From assembly GCA_004022145.1 (NCBI GenBank), contig RCNU01000008.1: DNA of 64,000 nucleotides; one strand, given 5' to 3'. Positions 39,070-49,017 of the stretch are shown in pieces. Position numbers and translations under genes: made by a program. This stretch comes from Paecilomyces variotii (Eukaryota). Position 1 is the stretch's first letter; every line of letters begins with the position of its first letter. Below the pieces are notes generated by a model, which had not been told where the DNA came from, made no database searches, and saw nothing but the letters and a program-made list of their open reading frames with translations.

Positions 39070-42000
39070 TTATGGCATATGCTCGTAGGGGTGATGGGGA
39101 TGACCAGAAGACGACGGGGGCCGGTTTTCCACGCGGCTTTCATCGACCTGGTGAGGAACGGACACCTGAGTTTTAGCGAATGGAATCGGTCCAGTAGACG
39201 TGAAAACAGGTAGATTCTGTTTGGGCTGCACCACAGACGCAGGTGGCGAGTGTACCGATATCTGCGGTGATGGCATATCATGTGAAGTACCTGGAGTAAG
39301 TGGGGGAGACATGGTATCTGAAACAGATCGCTGAGGTGGTCCAGGGATATGGCCTCGCACGACCTCCCCAACATTACCGGTCATCACGGTCATTTGTGGC
39401 ATGTTTGGCCCTGATACCGTAGGAGACGGAGAAGAAGGCCCAGACATTGGATCATTGTGACTTTGGGCGAGTGGCACTTTTTCAAGTTGCGGTAGCTGAT
39501 TCCCTTCAGTGGGCTTTTGCTTGATCTGTGCTGAAGGAGGCTGAGGGTGGCCAGCACCCTTTGCAGCCAAGGGCGTCCTTGCTGCAGATTTGGGAGCAGT
39601 AGGTTGAGGTTTCGATGTCGCGGACTTCTTAGGAGACCTGGACGTAGTCTTCTTGTGCTGATCTGCAGCGTTTTTCTCGCGAAGAGCATTCTCTTCAGGT
39701 GATGGAACCTTCAGTTTGATATTGAGTTTCCGCACTCCCGCGGCAAGATTATCCATATCGTTGTTCTGCGTCTCTCCACCCGCAGAAACTCGCCTCTGTG
39801 TACCCGAAGTCGAAGACACACCAGCCACCGAAGACGCTGCCGAGGGCTCTGCCAAAAATGGTGAGGGCACTTTCGGCACAGGAGGAACGGCTTTTCTAGG
39901 GCTAGCTGATCGCTTCGGTGTTGAGCCACGGGACCCGCTCAATTTGGTCTTTTTTGCGCCCAACATATCTGACGGTTTTGTGCCAGTGGCCGTCGCAGGT
40001 CTTGAACTGACTTGGCGGCCGTCGCTGGATACCCGAGATGGGGTCCTCGCCCGTTCTTCCCGCTGAGGATCGGGTGCATCTGACGCCAAACTAGTAGCAC
40101 TCTGTCTCCGGTTGCTTTTGGAGGAACCGACAGCTGGCGACTTTCCGCGTGAAGGATCCGGGAGATCAGCGACATCGCCGATGGTAGTTCTCCGATTAGT
40201 CTTCGGTGCCGGACGCCTGGGCGTCGAGGGAACAGATGCTTTGGGCTTCCTCTCACGAAGTTGCATGCGACCCTGCTCCTTAGCAGGCATCTGTGCCCCT
40301 TCTGGGGCCGCTTGTCGTTCTCGGCGAGCTCGAGAGGAGGATTCCACCTTGAGGTCCTCCGCGCGACAGCTCATGGTCTGGCGATCGCTTGGTATGAGGA
40401 CCTTGAATAGCTCATGACTAGCAGTCGACCAGTTCACCTCAGGAAGTGGGGGAGGGATATTTAATTCACCACCTGATTTGCGATCCCGAGACGGTGTGAC
40501 AGCTTTAGCGGTAGACGCCGCTGTAGGAGCAAAGAAAGTAGGCACCTTTTCACGCGGTTTGGATGGTGTAGTGGGCGGATATACCAAAGCTTCCAGTTCT
40601 TCTAATAACTCAGGTGCCCACCATTTGGTATCAAATATAATTGGCTCTTCAACGTGTGTGGGAGAAATATCACCGGCGTTTTCATTAAGACCTAGGCGTC
40701 CGATCATTTCCAAAGCGAGGCCATTTTGCTGGGCATCAGCACCAGAGACATTGCTTCGTGGATCCGCTAGACCTGAGATGTGACTCAATACTCCGCTGGT
40801 CAGTGCCCGATCACTGTACCCTCCCTCAAGAACACTGATGACTCTGCCATCGACCCCCAAGCCTTCTTCGCCGGCAAGCCTTACGATGTCAGAAGTGAAT
40901 TTAGCGTAGAAATCGGTAGGAACATTGACCTTGTGCCTCTGCATGCCAGCACTTTCCCATTCGCTGGCATCAAAACCGGCAGAGATGAATATGGCCGCTT
41001 TCGGGACCGGGCCAGAGGGCGTATTTGCCAGTTGTTCAGTGTGCAGGCGTAAGAAATCGCGGGCCTTTTTGAGCAGTACTGAATATTTGTCATTGTACAG
41101 TCGCCAGAATTCTGTCGGTGTCTTCCATGGCTCGAGGTGAACGTTCCATATAGATTGTCCATGCGCATTGTCGATGCATACACTAGCATTGCGAACCTTG
41201 TCCTCTTCACCATATTCACACGGGTATGAATTGATGTCATGGAGACTAAAGTAACCAATCGCGACTTTCTTGAAAGGAGCAGCGTTCTTCCCGGCAGCGA
41301 CCGCTTTCCGGTTTTGCTCCCACGCAATGGCCTGCGAACCGTCCCCATGATGTAAATCGAAATCGATAATCGCAGCATGGGTGAGACCGTGTTCCATAGC
41401 AGCATGGCTGATACTAACATGGACATTGTTGATCCAGCAGAACCCAGAAGGATGGCCCGAAGAACAGTGATGGCCTGGGGGACGGATGCATACGAAGGCG
41501 CGCTTAGTCGAACTAGGTCCAAAAACAGCATCCACACCTTCGCACACTCCACCTAGGGCGCCCTGAAAAGCGTCCAGAGAGTCAGAGCAGAGATAGAGAT
41601 CACCTTCGTGGAGCTTGGGAGCGTTCGCATCTTCCTTCCCTGAACTGCGTGGCCGAACCAGCTCTTTCTGGTTCGAGGCTAGCCGCTCTCCTGCCGCAGC
41701 GCACATGGTCTTTAGATCATCCATCCACTTAGTGCCGTGGATGTGAGTAACTGCAGGCGAATTCAAAGGTATGCTTCTGGCTGTTTTGCGGATCTGAAAC
41801 GGCGGCACAGGGAGCATCTTGACGTCCAGATCTGGGTGAGGGGGGAATTGTCCACCAGTATGCCTCTTGCCAATACGCACATATGCAACACTGAGGCCGA
41901 GTACAATGGCGCGAATACGCTCTGGACGCTCAACAATAGTATTCAGCGCTGCCTGCGTCGATCTCGGACGCGAGAATCTGTGTCCATAACAAGCATCTTG

Positions 42001-42561
42001 TATCACAACCAAGGTTTCGGACTGTAAGTCCTCCGAAGAGTGAAATTCAACTTCCTTCTGGAAATGTTCAGCGGCAATAGAAGCAGCTGTGGGTGGTGGC
42101 TCTTCGACCACAGGAGACTTCGAGCGCATGTTGGTTGCTGAAGGTGATGTCAGGAAGTTCGAGGATGACCGTCTAGACAAGCTGGGACGCGGAGAAGTTG
42201 GGCCACCGGCGGTATAAGTAGAACGCAGGGAGCTCGTCGACACGCGTTTCTTTAAGCTTGTCGTTGATGTCCTGCGATCATCACGAAGGGAGTTGCAGCT
42301 GGGAGTCTTCCGCGGGGTACGGACGTTCCCTAATGGCGATAGCTGTCGTAACTGCGATGAACTTTTCTGAGACAAAGCAGGTGACAAAGCAGGCGAAGAA
42401 ACAGGTAATGGAGTCGCTGAGGCTGTCCCAATAGATAGTCGATTCAAACCGTCAGACAAACCCGTCGCATCGTTGCTTGTAGGCGGATGCCGCCCTCGAG
42501 GTGAAGCCCCCTGGGCGTAAGGGGCCGAGTACGAGGAATCATGGCGCATGCTGGGATCCAT
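39070..42561 (-). CDS. HOS3: Histone deacetylase, Hos3/HosB type (intronless, 1163 aa)
   Basis: Motifs IVERPERI, GDLYLC, IRPPGHHC, GFCWINNV, DFDLHHGDG, ISAGFDASEWE and SVLEGGYSDRAL, flanked by long S/P-rich tails. Confidence 0.95.
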   Translation of the reverse strand: MDPSMRHDSSYSAPYAQGASPRGRHPPTSNDATGLSDGLNRLSIGTASATPLPVSSPALSPALSQKSSSQLRQLSPLGNVRTPRKTPSCNSLRDDRRTSTTSLKKRVSTSSLRSTYTAGGPTSPRPSLSRRSSSNFLTSPSATNMRSKSPVVEEPPPTAASIAAEHFQKEVEFHSSEDLQSETLVVIQDACYGHRFSRPRSTQAALNTIVERPERIRAIVLGLSVAYVRIGKRHTGGQFPPHPDLDVKMLPVPPFQIRKTARSIPLNSPAVTHIHGTKWMDDLKTMCAAAGERLASNQKELVRPRSSGKEDANAPKLHEGDLYLCSDSLDAFQGALGGVCEGVDAVFGPSSTKRAFVCIRPPGHHCSSGHPSGFCWINNVHVSISHAAMEHGLTHAAIIDFDLHHGDGSQAIAWEQNRKAVAAGKNAAPFKKVAIGYFSLHDINSYPCEYGEEDKVRNASVCIDNAHGQSIWNVHLEPWKTPTEFWRLYNDKYSVLLKKARDFLRLHTEQLANTPSGPVPKAAIFISAGFDASEWESAGMQRHKVNVPTDFYAKFTSDIVRLAGEEGLGVDGRVISVLEGGYSDRALTSGVLSHISGLADPRSNVSGADAQQNGLALEMIGRLGLNENAGDISPTHVEEPIIFDTKWWAPELLEELEALVYPPTTPSKPREKVPTFFAPTAASTAKAVTPSRDRKSGGELNIPPPLPEVNWSTASHELFKVLIPSDRQTMSCRAEDLKVESSSRARRERQAAPEGAQMPAKEQGRMQLRERKPKASVPSTPRRPAPKTNRRTTIGDVADLPDPSRGKSPAVGSSKSNRRQSATSLASDAPDPQREERARTPSRVSSDGRQVSSRPATATGTKPSDMLGAKKTKLSGSRGSTPKRSASPRKAVPPVPKVPSPFLAEPSAASSVAGVSSTSGTQRRVSAGGETQNNDMDNLAAGVRKLNIKLKVPSPEENALREKNAADQHKKTTSRSPKKSATSKPQPTAPKSAARTPLAAKGAGHPQPPSAQIKQKPTEGNQLPQLEKVPLAQSHNDPMSGPSSPSPTVSGPNMPQMTVMTGNVGEVVRGHIPGPPQRSVSDTMSPPLTPGTSHDMPSPQISVHSPPASVVQPKQNLPVFTSTGPIPFAKTQVSVPHQVDESRVENRPPSSSGHPHHPYEHMP

Positions 42562-43238
42562 GGTGACTGATGAAAGAACAACAGCACCAGCAGAGTCCTC
42601 TCTGGCGCACCTCGTGAAAAGCCTTGATGGTTACGACAACACGAACATGAGGGGGAGGCGCATCCATAACAAAAGAAAGATGGGCGCCGTTGGACCCTTT
42701 TGGGGGGCATTTGCGGACAAGGGATGCGCGCGGGTCGCGTCTGCGGCCCAAGCTCCCCTCGTGCTCTCCACTTGGTGCAGCCCTACGCAGGCAACATCAA
42801 CATAAATACATTCTTGCTGCTGGTTTTGATTCGATGCTGTCTGACGGGCTGTAAACTGGTATGTTTGATATCGGAGATTTCTCGGCCCTCATACATACCA
42901 ACAAAGTTACTGTACTTCGACAACACACCAGTATCTTGAGTATGAAGACATCCTGAATACAGCTGTTTACAGAACTGGTGCAGACTTTTACACATGGAAC
43001 CTTTGTCATATACTGTCCAAGCACTACATAAGGCTTGATATGAAGCTAACCATGTGTATCGGTGCATCTTGGCCTACGAGTCAGGAATAAAAGCCAAGAG
43101 TGTTAGGTCATCAAGATGATCTTATAATATCCTGTAACATGATCTGATCACATTGAAACATTCTATCCCGCAGATCCAATCCAATATTGCACAATACCTA
43201 GAACTCCACAATTGAACCAACTCCGGAAAAGATAGCAA

Positions 43239-43514
43239 TCAATGCAATCCCAACAGTCCCCTCCTCATTGTAGACTTCCATATTGACCACCATCGTCTTG
43301 CAATCTTGTCTCTCCCCGTCTTTATAATTTCCTTGCGTCCCTTTTTCTCTGTAACCCAAGAGCTGGTTGCGTGTCGGCTACAAAAGCATTGCAATCGAAC
43401 CGTTTCTGTCATGATGCCAGGGCAGCGTCCTCGAATGCGCGCAGAACAGTTTGTCTTGCCCATATCTTCCTGGCACTGGCACCATTCGTAGAAGGTCATA
43501 GATTGTTTGCACAT
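43239..43514 (-). CDS. Small Cys-rich hypothetical protein (91 aa)
   Basis: Good start context (caccATG); MCKQSMTFYEWCQCQE...C...C...CFCSRH cysteine pattern followed by a basic tail. Confidence 0.6.
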   Translation of the reverse strand: MCKQSMTFYEWCQCQEDMGKTNCSARIRGRCPGIMTETVRLQCFCSRHATSSWVTEKKGRKEIIKTGRDKIARRWWSIWKSTMRRGLLGLH

Positions 43515-44593
43515 GGTGAGCGATTGATCTATCGCGTGTAGGTAATAAGATATGTTTCTGTTATCTTATGAAATCGTGTAATGTGTGATGTTATGGCTTA
43601 GATGAGTGTAACACTAGTCTTTAAGAAGCCTATCGAACAGTCAGAATGGATGCATATACGCGACAAAGTGTTAAGAACTACCTAGGTATCAGGGACACTG
43701 TCAAGAACGGTATATTCAGAAACTGATTATTCCTCTTTGGCTATTTCTTCGCGTTTATATCTTTGGATTTATCTTTCAATAATCGATCTTTTGGTTCTGC
43801 GTTTTGTTGTTCAATAGATAATGACAATAATGAACAGTGACCGACGATGACGCGAAGACAAAGATCCAGCTTGTCTATGAAGGAGAATAAAGTAAAGAAA
43901 GTGTGTCAGTTCTTAGTAGTATTTGTTTCTTTAGATCAAATGATCAAGGAATAAAATCTCGAGCGGATAAGATGCAGGGCTAATGCAGACTGTTGAGGTG
44001 TGTAGAAGAGGAAGATAAGGAGAGATGAAAAGAGAGTTAAAGGGGCAACCATATCCAGGCTGCAGGTGTTGTGTATGTGACTTGACGTAAGGTTGACTCG
44101 ACATTCATTACATATAACATGGTTGGGAATTCTATTTCTGGTACGAAACATAGTGACGGAGGCCTAGGAGTTATATTCCGCTGGTAGATATGTACTGTAA
44201 GAAAGGAACCAAGGAACTGCACCGGAGGACTGGAAAAGGAAAACACAACAGGCACCAGTACTCTTTGAAAACTCATAGTATTTAAATCCTAAAGTATGTA
44301 CATATGAATACACTACACTGCTTTGTCAAAGTTAATTCGCTCTGGGTCTACTTTAGACGCGACTCTTCTTATCTCCCTATTCCCTCATTTTTATCTCCTA
44401 ATTACACAATAAATCTGGATCTAAAAGCAGCTAGCAGGTTTTATTATGCTGTAAACATAGTATAAGCAAATTATAAGACAGGTTACCACGTAAATAGTTA
44501 ACCGCCTTCGTACGCCGACATAATTAGGAGAATGCAGTATCAGGTCAAAAAAGACTTTCGCAGAAGACTTTACCACAAAATCCCTTATCGATT

Positions 44594-45130
44594 CTATGTG
44601 TTCTCTTGCACCTCGTCAGCTAAGCATTTAATGAAATTACAGTAGGCGGCGGTCACTGAAGTCGGATTGCCATTTAGATAGTCACTAGAATATCCAGCCT
44701 CCTTGAGCGCGGCCAGGGAATTGGAGAAACACTCGTGGAAGCGCGCTGCTACTGTGTATCTGGTCGATACAAGATATGTAGCGTGTTTACTGAACAACGA
44801 TAAGGTTGGTTCGTACTCTAATTATATTAGTTGAGCCCATTTCATCTGGGATTTCTATGGACTCACTGATAAGGAGCAACACCAGGGTGGACCCCATTGA
44901 TCTCCTTTTTTCTTCGATTATCTCGTCTTCGGTTACTAATTATATATCATAGGCAACAATAGCTTCGGAGCGGTCATTGGCGGCAAGGGATGATTTCGTC
45001 GCCGTAACGGAGTCCGGGACCTTAGAGAATTCGGCGGGATGATCGTTTCCCGTGGGATTTGGCTGAGATTCTTGTGATTTTTGGTTTGATTCAAACGGTT
45101 CTTCTCCCTGATAGGCGCATCTATCTCCTT
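44594..45130 (-). pseudogene. Decayed gene fragment of unknown family
   Basis: Reads YQGEEPFESNQKSQ...AYDI*LVTEDEIIEEKGD, then a frameshift, a canonical intron (gtgagt...ctaat...tag) and a last exon YEPTLSLFSKHATY...DEVQENT*. Confidence 0.45.
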
Positions 45131-45535
45131 GAGCTGCTCTAGAGTAGGAGTAGAATCACCCTAGCAGAAGGTTTCGACGAGAGGACTATGGGTGCACAAA
45201 CTGCGCTATTGCATGGTATGGCGGGGCTAAGGAAAGAGATGGCCGAAGCCACATAAGTACTCTGTCCTAACAACGCATTGACCAGAAAATGTAGCTGAAA
45301 GCTGCTTTAAAGGCGATAACTAAAAGGCATAGAGCAGGGACATTCTCAGCTTTAGGAATAGGCAAAGATATAAATAATGCTGTCTTTGCAATTGATAGCT
45401 ATAACGCATAGCATTTTTTATATGCGAGCGGCATAGTATACCACGGTGATATTTTTTATATATGCTCGCACCTTCTTATTGACAGCAGTATCTAATCCAA
45501 TGTATAGGAAAAGCACGTAACCAGAGTCTGTTTTC

Positions 45536-45867
45536 TTAAGGAGTAGCAGGTATACACCCCATGGCCTCCACGCTCGTGATAACACGACGGAACTCCAAAA
45601 GGAGTCCGCGCAGTTCGCGGAGCAACTCAGAAACGTCTGCATCGGAACTCGCTTCACTGGGCACCAGAATTGGCGCTACATTTACTACGTCAGTGATGGA
45701 CAATTCGATGAGACAGGATCACTTACCCTCGGGGCTTCCAGCAGGGGGAAAGCGGATACGTGCAGCGGGGGTTGAAGGAGGAGCGACTTCTGAACGTTAG
45801 CTCGGAACCTCCCCGACTCAGGATGGGAAGGGGACTTACCAGCTCCGCTCATATCCTTTGGGGGCAT
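45536..45867 (-). CDS. Cryptic spliced short gene (79 aa), or the 5' part of a truncated gene; exons 45867-45840, 45789-45727, 45684-45536
   Basis: Two canonical introns (gtaagt...ctaac..cag, 50 nt; gtaagt...ctgac.tag, 42 nt) preserve the frame: MPPKDMSGAEVAPPSTPAARIRFPPAGSPEVNVAPILVPSEASSDADVSELLRELRGLLLEFRRVITSVEAMGCIPATP*. Confidence 0.55.
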
Positions 45868-46519
45868 AACTGCGACCGGGCAGAAGAAGATGCTATTGTT
45901 TTGCTTCAGAAGCAGACGGGGCACAGCGGAGGCTGTATACTTGTTGGCCAAAGGCCACAACGTCACAGAAGGGAGGGGACACTTACTGGTAGAGGGGCAC
46001 GAGTCCGAAGAGAGGTGGCCGAGGAGAGAAAAAAGAGGGATAATAAGACTAAGAGATAGAAATCACATAAGGGCAGGAGGAGTATTAGACTACTGAATAT
46101 CGAAGAGGCTATAATAGAAGGAAAATATAGCAAAACAGAATAGACCTAAGACCTTCTCTTGAGAAGTGAGAATATAGTGATACTATGTATTAATGTAGAA
46201 GTGGACATTAATCATGTACCACATAAGAAGAATCAGAAGGCTCTTAATATCAAAGACTTTAAGCATTCTTAAGTAAGAAATAGTAGGAAATAAAGGGCAT
46301 AGAATAAACGACTATTTTGTCGAGGGCCTGGAGAAGAAAGGTATAGAAAAAAGCAGCTTCTAAGCGACATTGTCCGTATATCTGAAGGGCAGGATGATGG
46401 CAGCATCGGATGTCTCCTGGTGGCCAAGCAATACAGCAGCGATGGAGAAACAAGAATACAGCAACAGATTAGCGACAAGAAGAGGGGAAGAGAAAATAGA
46501 GGGACAGAGAGAGGATAGA

Positions 46520-47601
46520 AAGAGAGATATTAATTGTAGCCGACTGTTATCGGCAATTTAGCAAGAGAATAAAGAAGACGTGAATGGAGAGAAGCGACAT
46601 GTCTTTCTTCCCACGCTATTCAGGAGCGAGGAGTAGCCCGAACCATCAAATGGCTTCCACAACAGACAGGAGTATGGTCCACATCATAAGTAGCGTCTTG
46701 CGGGTGGTTTTGGGTCAGGAACGCGAGTCCCTTGTTATCGAGTTCTTCCCACTTCACTTGGCCACGGAGTGTGACACAAGTCTCCTTCCGCAACTTTTCG
46801 TCGACAAGAATACACTTCCACTTCGTTGTTGTGCCTGGCACTGGAATAATTACAATCGTTCCGTTGTCCAGTGCGGCTTCGATCTTCTTGTTCAGCGTGA
46901 TACCATTGCGAGGGTCGAACCGAATAAACTCATCCACTCCGAAGATATACGACGTTTCTTCTCCCGTTAGGGATTTGGGCACCAAATGAGCTGCTTTAAC
47001 TAGCTCAGCCTCCATCCACCCAAGCAAGTGACAATATAGGACGGTATTGCCCTCTCGCGAAGCAGCATAGTAGTTGACGATATCTCTCCTAAATATACTT
47101 GAATCGAATATCAGTTTTCTCTGTCTGGCACGCTTAAGGAAAGATCTGTCCAGTGCTTAGCTGTCGGTCTTGTTTCGCTTATTTTTCTCAGCCTTATATT
47201 TGAGGTCTTCTTCGAGCAAGCGTCGCTATCGTCTTATCAGATTTGCGTCCTTATATTTGACGCAGAAGTCTTCAATACCGCATTGAGCTCTTTTCGGTAT
47301 TTATTATCACTAAGTTCTTTCCCTTCTATGCCTCGTGTAGTCCGTCTTGATAAGGTTTAATGTAGTCGAGTTCACGCTGCAAAATAGTGCATTCTGCAAA
47401 AGGTCAACTTTCTCCTAGAAAAATAAGATCTGAAATTGTGGAAGATGCAATCGATATAATAGAAAAGTAGGATGAACTGCTATAACTCGCGGTGTTTCTT
47501 TCGTCACGCAATTTGGCGTTAACTAGGTATCAAGGATGAATATCCTTCAGGAATTGCCGGAGGCTTGACCCGTTTCCGACGTCAGGGTTCGCACCCGACA
47601 T
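46520..47601 (-). pseudogene. HNH endonuclease (HNH_2-like) pseudogene; ends approximate
   Basis: FRRDIVNYY...YCHLLGW....VKAAHLVPKS...DPRNGITLNKKIEAALDNG...WEELDNKGLAFLTQNHP/ARRYL. In-frame TAG (47226-47228) and TAA (47157-47159), plus frameshifts including one near 46700. Confidence 0.75.
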
Positions 47602-48873
47602 GATTGCAGGTCAGTCGTTTGAGGAGCTCGATACGGTAGGACGGATACATAAGATGTATAAGAGGTATCCCAACGATAGTAGTTCCCGTAATTACAACTG
47701 AGGAATCGATGGGCCTGGATATATGACACTCACGCTAGCAGACGATGCTTTGACCTCAATCTGCTTCTAGACCTTCCCAGAGGGATAATGTCTTGCGGTA
47801 TCTCCACGGGCTGGCCATGATTGTACACCTGGATGACATTGGACATGCTACCATTTGTAAAGGAACTGGCGGGGTCGAACCCCTGATGATGACTTGACTC
47901 TGTCAAAGGTCAGGTTTGAAGGTGGTAAGAAGGCCAAGTTCTTATCCTCAGTCGGAGGAGTACTTACAGTCACTTAGCTACCTAGTTAAATTCACTAAGA
48001 CAACTGAGCAAACTACCCCGCTCTAGCACCTTGAGCTACTATATCTCTAAACTGTATCAGAAAGAGAAGAAGAAGAAAAGAATCTTCCTACAATATGCAG
48101 TATTGGAAATAGTAAAACTGTTTTATAACTCGTTGGATCCTCTTTACCAGATAAGACAAGATATAAGTACCGCATAAAAGGCTATTAGAACTGTTAAAGA
48201 AAGATATAGTCATCTATAATATTACAGGAGATGTCAAATTTCCCTTTTTTATCCCGCGCGCTTTTATACGGTTCTATATAGCTATTGACTGATTTGCGCT
48301 CACGGAGTATAAATAAGTAGCAATACGTGCTCATTAAGCTTTAAACAATTGTCTATAGTCTTTGGCTGCTGCCTTAAAGATTTTGTACTATCTAATAGTA
48401 ATATCATTCCAATCATTGTTGAAAACTAGCTTCTGAGGTAAATTCTAGGAGCTAGATCGTTGCGCTACTAAAAAAACATTAAGTTATTAAGTCCACTGAC
48501 CTAATATTCTAAGATATTTAGGAGAATGGAGCAAACTTAGGCTTTCCGTCAGCAGATTCCCTTGCCTTGAACCATGGATATATAGCTGATACCTATGCCA
48601 CAAAGGAGCAGACAATGCCGATTGGGAACAGGATAAGTCGCATCGACGTACCACTCTTAGGAGAAAAGTTACCATGGCTCCGCTGAAAGATATCTTAACA
48701 TGTAGAGGTGACTTGAACCTTGTCGCTCATTGGCTGTGAAATATGGAAGGAAACACCCCTTTTTGATGGAAATAACCATTGTTTATAGGGAATAGTAGGC
48801 AAAATCCTCCCATGTTATTTTTTCTATAGTGGGAGGCCGCCGTGGAATCTGCCATCTACTTCGATCGAGGGGG

Positions 48874-48879
48874 TATAAA
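48874..48879 (+). promoter_or_regulatory. Putative TATA box
   Basis: TATAAA about 140 nt upstream of the ATG at 49018, followed by a C/A-rich leader. Confidence 0.45.
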
Positions 48880-49017
48880 TAACTAGCCAGAATAATAACA
48901 AAGCTTTCTCTTTCCATCACATCCAACACTAACTCATCCTGCAACTTCACTTGCACTATCTTACACGCTATTACTTATTTGTAACAAAAATCTTTGTCTA
49001 TCAAAAGCATCTTCAAT

